Source: Elusimicrobiota bacterium
Lineage (GTDB): Bacteria > Elusimicrobiota > Elusimicrobia > UBA1565 > UBA9628
Direction of reading: 5' to 3'
DNA length: 47,761 bases
Assembly: GCA_013044195.1 (NCBI GenBank)
Contig: JABEUV010000048.1
Span: forward strand, 1 to 47,761
A program made the position numbers and the translations under genes. Under the pieces are notes generated by a model that was not told where the DNA came from, searched no databases, and was given only the letters and a program-made list of their open reading frames with translations. Shown here piece by piece: positions 10,905-20,388 of the stretch; the stretch's first letter is position 1; each line of letters starts with the position of its first letter.

Positions 10905-11000
10905 ACGAAGCAAAAACCCGTCCGTCGGTAAATTTGTATAATGCCCTTATCCTGTCGCCGGCGGCCTAAGCCGCCCACAGCGCGACAGCGGAGGACGAAC

Positions 11001-12203
<1,203 letters not shown>

Positions 12204-12225
12204 GACCGCGCCGCGTCCGAACAAG

Positions 12226-12257
12226 GCGCCCCGCCGACAACGGCGGGGCGCTCTTTT
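12226..12257 (+). terminator. Intrinsic terminator after metK
   Basis: 11-bp stem GCGCCCCGCCG-ACAA-CGGCGGGGCGC followed by TCTTTT. Confidence 0.85.
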
Positions 12258-12795
12258 ACAGGCCCGGGATATCGTCTCGGATGATGCAGACGGCGGGCGG
12301 GAAGGCCTCTGGATCGCTCTGGCAGACACGAGCCATGCGTTTTTCGGCCGTGACGACGCAGACGCGGGGATGAACCTTCATGAGCGTTCTTCCCATCGCA
12401 ATGACGAGGCCGTCCAGGCCGCTCAGAGGTTTCTCGTTGTCACGCCTCGGTAGGCGCTGGTCCGCCAGGAAAACGTCCTCGACATCCACCAGATGCTCGC
12501 GCCGCAGCTCGTAGGTTTTGACCACGTTGCGTCTTTTCGAGGAAACCAGGTCGAGCAGGGCTTCGACGTGCCGCCGATATTCGCCTTCACCATCGCCGTT
12601 GACTTTGACGAACACGCGCGAAAACGCCCGTGAAGACTCCGCCATGCAGAAGTTTGGCACGTAGAGGACCCTTTGGTCGTCTTTAGGCGAAGACGTTATG
12701 AGCCGAAGGATTCTTCCTCGCGCGCCGACGAGCTCGGCGACCGGCCGCTTGAGAAGAGAGAGGACCAGCGCCGAGGCGTCGATCAGGTAGACCAA
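12256..12795 (-). CDS. PIN-domain protein (VapC-like, 179 aa)
   Basis: YLIDASAL, PNFCMAE, SGLDGLVIA and VTAE give the conserved PIN acidic residues; TTG start. Confidence 0.82.
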   Translation of the reverse strand: MVYLIDASALVLSLLKRPVAELVGARGRILRLITSSPKDDQRVLYVPNFCMAESSRAFSRVFVKVNGDGEGEYRRHVEALLDLVSSKRRNVVKTYELRREHLVDVEDVFLADQRLPRRDNEKPLSGLDGLVIAMGRTLMKVHPRVCVVTAEKRMARVCQSDPEAFPPAVCIIRDDIPGL

Positions 12796-12798
12796 AGA

Positions 12799-12951
12799 TC
12801 AGCGGAAGAGTTCGGCAAATTGCTTCACCGTCACCGGCTTTGGCGTCGGCGGAAGAGCGTCGATGGTCTTGATTATGTTGCGAACGCGCGCCGGGAGCTT
12901 CTTGTACTGCTTCTCGCTCATCGTCTTCCGCAGAATAGCCTTAGCGGTCAT
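12799..12951 (-). CDS. 50-aa basic protein, putative antitoxin of the PIN gene
   Basis: MTAKAILRKTMSEKQYKKLPARVRNIIKTIDALPPTPKP...; GGGGG SD; stop 3 nt before the PIN start; homologous to 31807..31953. Confidence 0.75.
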   Translation of the reverse strand: MTAKAILRKTMSEKQYKKLPARVRNIIKTIDALPPTPKPVTVKQFAELFR

Positions 12952-12984
12952 CGTGCCCCCTTGATAGCCCCTCTTCTCAGTCGG

Positions 12985-13003
12985 GCTACAACGAGATTGT
13001 AGC
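12985..13003 (-). promoter_or_regulatory. Palindromic operator overlapping an extended -10 of the peptide/PIN operon
   Basis: GCTACAA-CGAGA-TTGTAGC; the minus strand reads TGcTACAAT. Confidence 0.55.
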
Positions 13004-13029
13004 ACCACTCCGTATGGAGCCGCCAGGTC

Positions 13030-13120
13030 AATATGGACGCCTCCTCACCACGTGCTTGCGCGCCGGAGGGGTCAGCGCCGCCACGCATCGAACGAACTCC
13101 ACGCCCGCCCATTCGTGATA
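13030..13120 (-). mobile_element. Degenerate IS91-like (Y2/HUH) transposase fragment, copy 1
   Basis: The minus frame reads YHEWAGVEFVRCVAALTPPARKHVVR, resembling EF..R.AALIPPP..H.VRY. 13072-13114 matches 15876-15918 at 40/43 nt. Confidence 0.5.
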
Positions 13121-13159
13121 CGCCGGCCCCCCGTTCGTTTTGGTAGGCTGATAGCGGAT

Positions 13160-13356
13160 GAGGCCCACTTTCGCTGGAAAGGGGGCGCTCATCGTCGTGG
13201 AGAAGGTCCCCCGTGGGCGCCTGCCACAACTGCGGCGAGCGCTACTACGACACTTCCGTTTTACGGGAGCTCGATCTCATGGCCCAGGGCGAAGTCGGCT
13301 CGGTCAGCCGGATATCGGTCGTCGTCGCCGATTACTCCAGCGCCATCGCGGACTGA
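13160..13356 (+). pseudogene. Frameshifted YgiT-type zinc-finger (MqsA-like) gene
   Basis: Removing one base from G5 (13181-85) and one from C5 (13208-12) gives HFRWKGALIVVEKVPVGACHNCGERYYDTSVLRELDLMAQGEV...ADYSSAIAD*. No start codon or first CxxC was found. Confidence 0.65.
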
Positions 13357-13392
13357 GTTAATCCGGCTCGTAACGTAAGAGTTCCGAAAGGC

Positions 13393-13896
13393 TCAGCCTT
13401 TCTGATTGTGCCCTGAATCATCTCCGTGCTCGCTCCCGGACCACAACGGCATGCTAAAGCGAAGGGCCGAAGCGAGGAGTCCTTGCCGAAAATAAAACCG
13501 ATGACCCAGAGCGTTCTCGAGGCCGCTGTCGAGGACGAGTTTGCGGCACCCCAGGGCACGTCCTTCAGTCATCAAGCGCTCCATCAGTATTGCGCCATAT
13601 CCACGGCCGCGGTTCGACGCATCGGTTACTAGGTCATTGACGTAAAGGAACGCGCCGTGTATGAAGCTTTCCTGCCTTTGGAATCCCGCCAGGGCCTTGA
13701 TGTCCTCGCGGATGAAGAGCGCCAGCAGCCGGTAGCCACCACCGGACAGGCTCCGCCACCGTTCCAGGAATTCCCTCTCCGATGACAGATGTGGCCGCAG
13801 TTGGCGCATCAATCCGTAGCATCCCTTGATCTCGTCCTCACCGACAAGGATGATGCGGGGGCGCGCATCGTCGCCGGCTTCGCCCGCAGCGGTCAC
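13393..13896 (-). CDS. GNAT N-acetyltransferase
   Basis: LYVNDLVT...RGRGYG, LVLDSG..N..GHRFY; the GTG start overlaps the CMD stop (GTGA). Confidence 0.85.
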   Translation of the reverse strand: MTAAGEAGDDARPRIILVGEDEIKGCYGLMRQLRPHLSSEREFLERWRSLSGGGYRLLALFIREDIKALAGFQRQESFIHGAFLYVNDLVTDASNRGRGYGAILMERLMTEGRALGCRKLVLDSGLENALGHRFYFRQGLLASALRFSMPLWSGSEHGDDSGHNQKG

Positions 13897-14357
13897 CGCG
13901 GAAGCTGCGGCGCGAATCGCAAAGAAACCGCGATTCGATTCCACTGGTTGATGGTGCCGATCGCCACGGTCAGGAAGATCGCCTCGTTTTCCGAAAACTG
14001 CTCTCGCAGAGTCGCATACTCCGTGTCCGACGCGCTTTCGGGGCGGATGCGAGTGAGAGCCTCCGCCCAGGACAACGCCGCCGTCTCCCGCGGCGTGAAC
14101 AGGCTCGCGTCTCGCCAAGCAGACAGAAGTCCAAGCTTCCTCTCGTCAACGCCGGCTTTCCGAGCCAGATCGAGATGGTACTGGAGGCAGAAAGCGCAGC
14201 CGTTGATCTGCGAAGCCCGGAGCTTCACGAGTTCGGTCAATTGCTTTTCAAGACCCGAGTCATCGACGGCCTTTCCCAGCGCCAGGAGGGCCGAGTGTGC
14301 TGCCGGCGCATTTTTGGCAAACTCTTCGTAACGGATGCGGCCGCGAGACGTCGTCAT
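13893..14357 (-). CDS. Carboxymuconolactone decarboxylase/AhpD family protein
   Basis: ELVKLRASQINGCAFCL..H, FTPRE.AAL, IN.WNR. Confidence 0.93.
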   Translation of the reverse strand: MTTSRGRIRYEEFAKNAPAAHSALLALGKAVDDSGLEKQLTELVKLRASQINGCAFCLQYHLDLARKAGVDERKLGLLSAWRDASLFTPRETAALSWAEALTRIRPESASDTEYATLREQFSENEAIFLTVAIGTINQWNRIAVSLRFAPQLPR

Positions 14358-14406
14358 GATTTTAACCCCCGAGATAAGACATAATATAAGCACACGAACA
14401 TAATAT

Positions 14407-14901
14407 ATGAACTCTACCATGTTGCATTCGAAGCTTCAAGCCCTTCCTAAGCTCGGGGAGGGTAAGCGCGGCGAGGAAGGACATCTCGGCTATCTGTTGC
14501 GACAAGCTAATGTCGCGTTCCGCGGCAGCGTCGAACGAGCGCTGTCGGATTTGGATATCACGCTACCGCAATACGTCGTGCTGACGATGGTTCGGGCATA
14601 TCCGAAGATCTCGAACGCTGACCTAGCGCGGCTGTCGCTTCTGACTCCGCAGACGGTCAGCGTGATCGTCGGCAATCTGAAACGGGCGGGCATGCTAAGG
14701 AGCGAACCGCACCCCATCCATGGGCGGATTCAGACCCTTAGCATCACCCGGGAAGGCGAGAAGATTCTGAGCCGCTGTAGACAGAGAGTCGCCCCCCTCG
14801 AAGACCGCCTCACCGCGGCGATGTCGACCGGCGAACGAAAGCTCATTCGACGATGGCTTGTGAGCGTCGCCGTCGCATGCACACAGTCCGAAAGGGAATA
14901 G
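14407..14901 (+). CDS. MarR family transcriptional regulator
   Basis: ITLPQY.VL, SNADLAR....TPQT, HP.HGR.....IT.EG; divergent from the CMD-GNAT operon. Confidence 0.92.
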   Translation: MNSTMLHSKLQALPKLGEGKRGEEGHLGYLLRQANVAFRGSVERALSDLDITLPQYVVLTMVRAYPKISNADLARLSLLTPQTVSVIVGNLKRAGMLRSEPHPIHGRIQTLSITREGEKILSRCRQRVAPLEDRLTAAMSTGERKLIRRWLVSVAVACTQSERE

Positions 14902-15112
14902 CCACCCTGTTTTGCAACCCCGCGGACAAGGGCACCGAGTTGAAGGGCTTCCTGACGTAGTTTCAAGACCCGTTCCCGCCGCGCCGCGATCCGCGCTCGG
15001 AGTGTGAGCCTCACGGTTGCCCGCCCCCCGCCGGCGCGTCGCGTCGCCCCACCCACCGTCAGACTGCGCTCATTGCGCACGTTTACGAATGAAAATCCGG
15101 TAAAATCACGCC

Positions 15113-15538
15113 ATGGCACTAGACGTCCGCTCACTGGAAGACGCACTTTCGCAGCTCAAAAAGAGCGTCTCCTATCTGAACTCGGAAACGGCCCGCGGCG
15201 ACGCGGGCCTGCGCGAGCAGTTCCGCGGCGCCGCGATTCAAGCCTACGAGTTCACCTACGAACTCGCCGTCAAGATGATCCGTCGGCAACTCGCCGAGAT
15301 TTCCGCCACTCCCGACGCGATCAAGGAACTGTCCTACATGGATGCCGTCCGCGCCGCCGTCGAGGCGGGCTTGATCGACGACGCGCCGAAGTTCAAGCGC
15401 TATCGCGACGCCCGCAATCTGACCAGCCACACCTACGACCGTCGCCGCGCAGAGGAGGTTGTTGCCGTGCTGGACTCCTTCATCGCCGACGCCGACCGAT
15501 TGCTCCTTGAGCTCAAGCGCCGCAATGCCGGACATTGA
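15113..15538 (+). CDS. HEPN toxin-like protein (HI0074 nucleotidyltransferase substrate-binding family)
   Basis: IQAYEFTYELA and the RNLTSHTY RX4H motif. Confidence 0.9.
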   Translation: MALDVRSLEDALSQLKKSVSYLNSETARGDAGLREQFRGAAIQAYEFTYELAVKMIRRQLAEISATPDAIKELSYMDAVRAAVEAGLIDDAPKFKRYRDARNLTSHTYDRRRAEEVVAVLDSFIADADRLLLELKRRNAGH

Positions 15539-15830
15539 CGCGTCCGTCGCGGATCTTAACACGGTTCGCGCCCTCTGCCAAGACTTCGCGCCCGGAGTCG
15601 AAGTTTGGGCCTTCGGCTCCCGCGTGACCGGAACCTCAAGCCGGCGTTCCGACCTCGACATCGCCCTCATCACCGAAAAACCGCTCGACATCGGCGTGCT
15701 GGCGGACCTGAAGGAAGCCCTCGCCGAATCGAACCTCCCCTTCCGCGTGGACGTGGTCGACTGGGCCGCGACCGCTCCCCAATTCCGGGAAATCATCACC
15801 CGGCGTCACGTGGTGATTTCGCCTCGTTGA
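15525..15830 (+). CDS. Minimal nucleotidyltransferase (MNT antitoxin)
   Basis: FGSRVTG.....SDLDI, LPFRVDVVD; overlaps the HEPN gene. Confidence 0.9.
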   Translation: MPDIDASVADLNTVRALCQDFAPGVEVWAFGSRVTGTSSRRSDLDIALITEKPLDIGVLADLKEALAESNLPFRVDVVDWAATAPQFREIITRRHVVISPR

Positions 15831-15864
15831 GAGCGGGGCCTCGTCCTCCGCTTGCCTTTCGGCA

Positions 15865-16020
15865 AGCGGCCGGGATCAGCGCCGCCGCGCGTCGAACGAA
15901 CTCCACGCCCGTCCATTCCTGGAAGCGCCGAGAGCAGTTGAGGCAATCCGTCGAGGCGCCGCGGGCCCGCGCGGCAACCGGCTATCTCAAGGAACTGTCC
16001 AAGCGGCTCGGTTCCTCGGA
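15865..16020 (-). mobile_element. Degenerate IS91-like transposase fragment, copy 2
   Basis: One minus frame reads SEEPSRLDSSLR*PVAARA...FQEWTGVEFVRRAAALIP, with an internal stop. Confidence 0.5.
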
Positions 16021-16158
16021 AGAGGGCGGAGGCTCTCTCGAAGGAGGACATCCTCGGCCGCGACCTGTTCCTCCGGCATCCGGACCTGAAGCGAAGGCCT
16101 AATCCTCCTAGGCCGTTCGCCTCAGGACGGCGGTTTTCGGCGCGTCTACACTGAAGCC

Positions 16159-17757
16159 ATGAGACGCTTGCTGCCGGTCCTGCTCCTCTCGTCCGCGGTT
16201 CTGGGCGCCCGGGCGGCCGTGATCGACGTCGCCCCTCCCGCTGCACCGAGCATCATCATGCCGGCCGCGCCGTTCGGCCAAAACTCCGCGCCCCTGATTG
16301 CCTCTCCGTCCGCGCCGAGCCTGACGATCCCCGCGCCGCCCGCGCTGATCATCCCCGCGGCGCAGGTGCTGCAGGCGCCGGCCCCGGCGATCATCGTCGC
16401 CGCGCGGCCGCTCACGGAAGCGGAGGCCGCACCCGAGAAGCTGCCGTCGCAGGGCGGCCTCAAGAAGCTGGCGGAGTCCCTGGCGCCCTCGCGCGACGCC
16501 GCGGAGGAAGGTCCGTCCGCCGCCGAGCGCGCCCGCTCGCTCGACTCCTCGTTCGACGGCAAGCTCGCTCCCGAGGCCTCGGCCTGGGACGACGCGTCTG
16601 GGCATTTCGCTCGCGGGCCGCTCGCGCCGAACCTGCCCACGGTGGAGACCGCGGCGCGCTCGCTGATCGCCCGCCTCCTGCCTCAGCTCTACCGCCGCGT
16701 CCCGATTTTGGCCGCCTACGACCGGAGCGAGCACCCGTCCACGGGCCACACCTGGACCCCGGAGAAGGGTCATCTCATCGAGATCGCCCCGGTCCACGCC
16801 GACTCGCGCGGAGAGGTGCCCAGCGCCTTCGGCGCGCCGGGCGCGGCGCGCGTCCAGCAGAAGATCGAGCATCTGATGGAGTTCGCGCACGAGTATTTCC
16901 ACGTGCTCTTCGATTCCGCCGTCCGCCCCAAGGTCAACCACCCGGCGCACTCCGTCTACTCGGCGATGACCGAGGGCTTCGCCGTCAGCGGCGAGCAGAT
17001 TCTGGTCGAGCGCCTGCTCGACCACGCGCCGGACCTGGGCCTGGGGCCGCGCGACGCCATGGACCTGGCCGCGGTCTCCCGCGCGCGCCGCCAGTGGCTC
17101 GACACCGAGGACAACCACTACTCCGAGGGCGTCCAGTCCTGGCGCAAAGCCTACGAAGAGGGGGGCGTTAAGGGCATGATCGCCTTTTTGTCCTCGCTCT
17201 CGGCCCAGCGCATGATCGCCGTGCCGCGCTCCGACGCCGCGTACCAGCTCGCCTTGGGCGATCATAAGCTGCTGGCCGCCTATCTCGGCCGCGATCAATC
17301 GCCGACGCGCCGCGGCCTGGACTCCTTCGCCAAGGCCGCCCACGGCGAGAAATTGACCGACGAGGAGACGCGCGAGGCGTCCGCCGCCGTCGAGCTGGCC
17401 GGCCCCGAGGGCTGGCGCCGCCTCTTCGACCGCACCTTGCTGTCCGACAAGCGCATTCAAGAGCCCAAGGCCAAGGTCGCGGCGGGCAACTGGTGGGAGA
17501 AAAAGGCCGAGCCCATGGCGTCCGTCGAGCCCGTCTTCGTCCTGGCTCGCCTGAGCCCCGCCGCCGGCGCCGAGCTGAGCCGCTACCTGGCGGGCATGAT
17601 CTCCACGCCCGGCGGCGCCGCGCGCCTCTTCGAGCGCCCCGGCCCCAACGAGAAGACCAACGCCATCATCGCCGGCGCCGAGTCCCTCCCCTGGGACGAG
17701 GCCGCGCGCAAGACCTGGAACGACGGCCTCACGCGCTGGCTCATCGGCACGAACTAG
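16159..17757 (+). CDS. Secreted protein with a Pro/Ala-rich N-terminus and HEXXH metallopeptidase-like motif
   Basis: Signal peptide; FAHEYFH followed about 20 aa later by TEGFA, a gluzincin-like spacing. Confidence 0.65.
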   Translation: MRRLLPVLLLSSAVLGARAAVIDVAPPAAPSIIMPAAPFGQNSAPLIASPSAPSLTIPAPPALIIPAAQVLQAPAPAIIVAARPLTEAEAAPEKLPSQGGLKKLAESLAPSRDAAEEGPSAAERARSLDSSFDGKLAPEASAWDDASGHFARGPLAPNLPTVETAARSLIARLLPQLYRRVPILAAYDRSEHPSTGHTWTPEKGHLIEIAPVHADSRGEVPSAFGAPGAARVQQKIEHLMEFAHEYFHVLFDSAVRPKVNHPAHSVYSAMTEGFAVSGEQILVERLLDHAPDLGLGPRDAMDLAAVSRARRQWLDTEDNHYSEGVQSWRKAYEEGGVKGMIAFLSSLSAQRMIAVPRSDAAYQLALGDHKLLAAYLGRDQSPTRRGLDSFAKAAHGEKLTDEETREASAAVELAGPEGWRRLFDRTLLSDKRIQEPKAKVAAGNWWEKKAEPMASVEPVFVLARLSPAAGAELSRYLAGMISTPGGAARLFERPGPNEKTNAIIAGAESLPWDEAARKTWNDGLTRWLIGTN

Positions 17758-17821
17758 CCCCGAGAAAATCGTTCGAATCCTAGTCGCGCAACATCCTCGC
17801 CGTGCGCGTCAGCGCGGGTGA

Positions 17822-18004
17822 TTTGCGATAATCCTAATTCGTTGCAAGGGGAAGCCCCTTTCAAATCAGGACTTGCGACAGGCGTGGAAGACCGACCGAC
17901 AGGCGGCCATGCGTCGCGCTAAACTTCTCGTGGAGCAAGGGTGGCTTGATGCGCATGGTCAGCGCCGTGGCCGCCGTTATGTGGCAGGCCCAAAAACAGG
18001 CTGA
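17822..18004 (+). pseudogene. Start-less winged-helix C-terminal remnant
   Basis: ...LSNQDLRQAWKTDRQAAMRRAKLLVEQGWLDAHGQRRGRRYVAGPKTG*; in-frame stop upstream at 17819 and no start at the 5' end of the domain. Confidence 0.5.
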
Positions 18005-18051
18005 TATGCGACAGTCTCGTATAATTTTGTCGCATACGAGAGTGTCGCATA
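18005..18051. promoter_or_regulatory. Triple TGTCGCATA box around a TATAAT
   Basis: TATGCGACA at 18005-13, TATAAT at 18020-25, TGTCGCATA at 18028-36 and 18043-51. Confidence 0.6.
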
Positions 18052-18097
18052 ACTTTGGATTCAACTTCCCGATGCCCCTCTTCTCGAGGGAAAGGTC

Positions 18098-18436
18098 GTG
18101 ACCCCAAAGCATCCGAAGACAGGACGCTTCCTGCGGGAAGGCCTTTTCGACGGTCTCCAGAGCTTCGCGGAGCTCGAAAGGCGCTTGAACCCGCTGTCCG
18201 AGAATGACAAGGGCGACGCCTTCGAAGTCTTCGCCGAGGCCTATTGCCGCCTGACCCCGGAGATCGGCGCGGCCGAGTTCTGGCCCGAACGCGCGACTCC
18301 CGCCGAGGTCCGCCGCTCGTCTATAGGCGGCGACATCCATAGGCGGCGCCATAGGAGGCGCCATGTGTTCGACGTCGCTAGCACCGAAAGGCTTCCAGAG
18401 ATATACTCTCGATCATGGACATGCGCCGGATCATAG
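18098..18436 (+). pseudogene. Truncated N-terminus of an Mrr-like restriction endonuclease/helicase
   Basis: DKGDAFEVFAEAY...FWP...PAEVRR; the resemblance ends near 18320, before the expected D-x-G-x-D motif. Confidence 0.5.
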
Positions 18437-19116
18437 AATCAGCGGCCGTGAATGAAAAAATCGACCCAGACGAAGTTCGGCGCTTCTGCACTGAGAACGG
18501 AGTCTCGGTCTCACTGTTCTTCGATAAATTCTCCGAAGAGGTCACCTCGCTCTTCTTAAATAATCTGATGTCTTGGGAAGCTGGAGACGCCGCCATTAAC
18601 GCCGCGTCTGGATTCATGACTAGCACCCAAATACCCATCTTGGATTTCACTTGGGAGGTCTTCCTCGCTTTCAATGCCGGAGAAATCGCCCCGGGCCCTG
18701 CAATCACGCGGCCCTTGCTCGCGCAGGCACTCGCAAAATCGAAAGGCCAGCCGTGCCTCGAGACCGACGAAGAAATCGATGACATCAGGACTGGCGCATC
18801 GAAGGCTTGCATGCTTAAAATCGTGGAACTCGCCAAGCAGATCATCGCGGGAAACATTGGAGTGATCGCTGGCAGCAGGGCCCTTCACGTTCTCGCATCC
18901 CAAAAGGCTTTGGTTTCGGACCCCGACTTTGACCTCTTTACCGGCATCCATTCTGAATCGGATCATCTCCCACTGGACGATGTAAAAACATTATGGGATC
19001 CGGCGGCATTTCAGAAAAAACAGCTGGAGGTAAAGCGATTCGAAGACCTCTGGCGTCCACGCGTGATCGACGCATGCCGAAGACTGATTCACCGGTTCGA
19101 GCCCAGAAAAACGTGA
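18415..19116 (+). CDS. Lower-GC hypothetical two-domain protein; C-terminal half DUF2489-like
   Basis: IVELAKQII.G......GSRAL...F..I.SESDHLP....LW recalls DUF2489 (by eye); codon usage is atypical for the window. Confidence 0.55.
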   Translation: MDMRRIIESAAVNEKIDPDEVRRFCTENGVSVSLFFDKFSEEVTSLFLNNLMSWEAGDAAINAASGFMTSTQIPILDFTWEVFLAFNAGEIAPGPAITRPLLAQALAKSKGQPCLETDEEIDDIRTGASKACMLKIVELAKQIIAGNIGVIAGSRALHVLASQKALVSDPDFDLFTGIHSESDHLPLDDVKTLWDPAAFQKKQLEVKRFEDLWRPRVIDACRRLIHRFEPRKT

Positions 19117-19171
19117 AGACGAAGGGATGTTTTAAACGGCGCCGTCGCGTCGCCGCGCCTTAACGTCGAAG

Positions 19172-19486
19172 CTACTCACGCGAACGTCCCGACGCCTCAG
19201 CACGAATCGCGCAGCAGACCTTGGCGACCAGAGCAAGACTCGGAGAGCCCGGCTCATCCAGGAAGTTGTAGAAGGTGCGGCGCGGAATGCCGGAGATTCG
19301 GGCGAAACGGGACTTGTTGCAATAACGCAAAGCCGTGGTCAGAACCTCGCGCGCGGCGACGTCGTCGCCTTCCTGAAGGCAAGACAGGAAGGTCGAGAAC
19401 ATGACCTCCGGGTCGCGCACCTCCTTCGACGGATCGTATTCGATCAGACCCATTTTCTTAAGCTTCATCCGCAAGCTCCGCTTCAT
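19172..19486 (-). CDS. Orphan addiction-module antidote-like HTH protein (HI1420-like)
   Basis: YDPS....DPE.....L..CLQEGD, NKSRFARISGIPRRTFY..L....SPSL; AAGGA SD before ATG 19486. Confidence 0.65.
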   Translation of the reverse strand: MKRSLRMKLKKMGLIEYDPSKEVRDPEVMFSTFLSCLQEGDDVAAREVLTTALRYCNKSRFARISGIPRRTFYNFLDEPGSPSLALVAKVCCAIRAEASGRSRE

Positions 19487-19680
19487 AGTGATCCTTAACG
19501 TCAACGGCGGCGCGCTCATCTGCTCCCACCGCCGTCGCAATAAGTGTGCCACGAATAGCACAAATCGTCAGGCCCGAATCGTCGCCGTGATTCATACCTA
19601 AGACATACGAATCACCCCCCGTTTTGTTCCATCGGGAGAGCCGCGCCCGAGGACGCGCAGTATTGTAGAATCCGGGAATC

Positions 19681-20388
19681 ATGAACAAGACCACGGCTTC
19701 CGCCGCCGAGGCGGTCAAGAACATCCCCGACGGTGCGACCATACTCGTCGGCGGCTTCGGCGTGTGCGGCGTGCCCGAGAATCTGCTTGCGGCGTTGCGC
19801 GCGCAGGGCGCGAAGAATTTGACGCTCGTGTCGAACAACGCCGGTCTTGATGAGTTCGGCATCGGCACCTTGCTTAAGAACGGGCAGGTCAAGAAGATGA
19901 TCATGTCCTATGGCGGCGAGTGCAAGGCGTTCGAAGAGATGGCGCTGGACGGCCGGCTTCAGGTGGAGTGGAACCCGCAGGGCACGCTCGCCGAACGCAT
20001 TCGCGCGGGGGGTGCTGGCGTGGCCGGCTTCTACACGCCGACCGGCTACGGCACGCCGGTGGCCGAGGGCAAGGAGACCCGGCAGTTCGACGGCCGCTGG
20101 CACGTCTTCGAGCGCGGCCTGCGCGCCGATTTCGCCTTCATCAAGGCGTGGAAGGGCGACGTGCTGGGCAACCTGGAATACCGCAAGACCGCGCGCAATT
20201 TCAACCAGGTCATGGCCACCGCCGCGGAGACCGTGATCGCCGAGGTCGAACAGCTGGTGGAGGTCGGCGGCCTGCATCCCGACCACATCCACACGCCCGG
20301 CATCTACGTCGACCAGGTTCTGACGGGCTCGAAATACTTGAAGCCCATCGAGAAACTCACCGTGAGGAAGGCGGCCGCCCATGTCTGA
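19681..20388 (+). CDS. scoA: 3-oxoacid CoA-transferase subunit A
   Basis: GGFGVCGVPENL, SNNAG, PQGTLAERIRAGGAG, TARNFN. Confidence 0.93.
   Translation: MNKTTASAAEAVKNIPDGATILVGGFGVCGVPENLLAALRAQGAKNLTLVSNNAGLDEFGIGTLLKNGQVKKMIMSYGGECKAFEEMALDGRLQVEWNPQGTLAERIRAGGAGVAGFYTPTGYGTPVAEGKETRQFDGRWHVFERGLRADFAFIKAWKGDVLGNLEYRKTARNFNQVMATAAETVIAEVEQLVEVGGLHPDHIHTPGIYVDQVLTGSKYLKPIEKLTVRKAAAHV

Noticed and set aside
10946-11000. SAM-I riboswitch suggested by CUUAUC upstream of metK
   Set aside because: The leader is too short and lacks the AAGAG, kink-turn and closing GAUAAG elements. It is kept only as an unclassified candidate.
14902-15100. Possible IS end or small ORF between marR and the HEPN gene
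   Set aside because: No convincing terminal motif or protein similarity could be recognised.
18323-18360. Short tandem repeats as a CRISPR-like array
   Set aside because: The units are only 10 bp with 2-6 bp gaps, and there are no cas genes.
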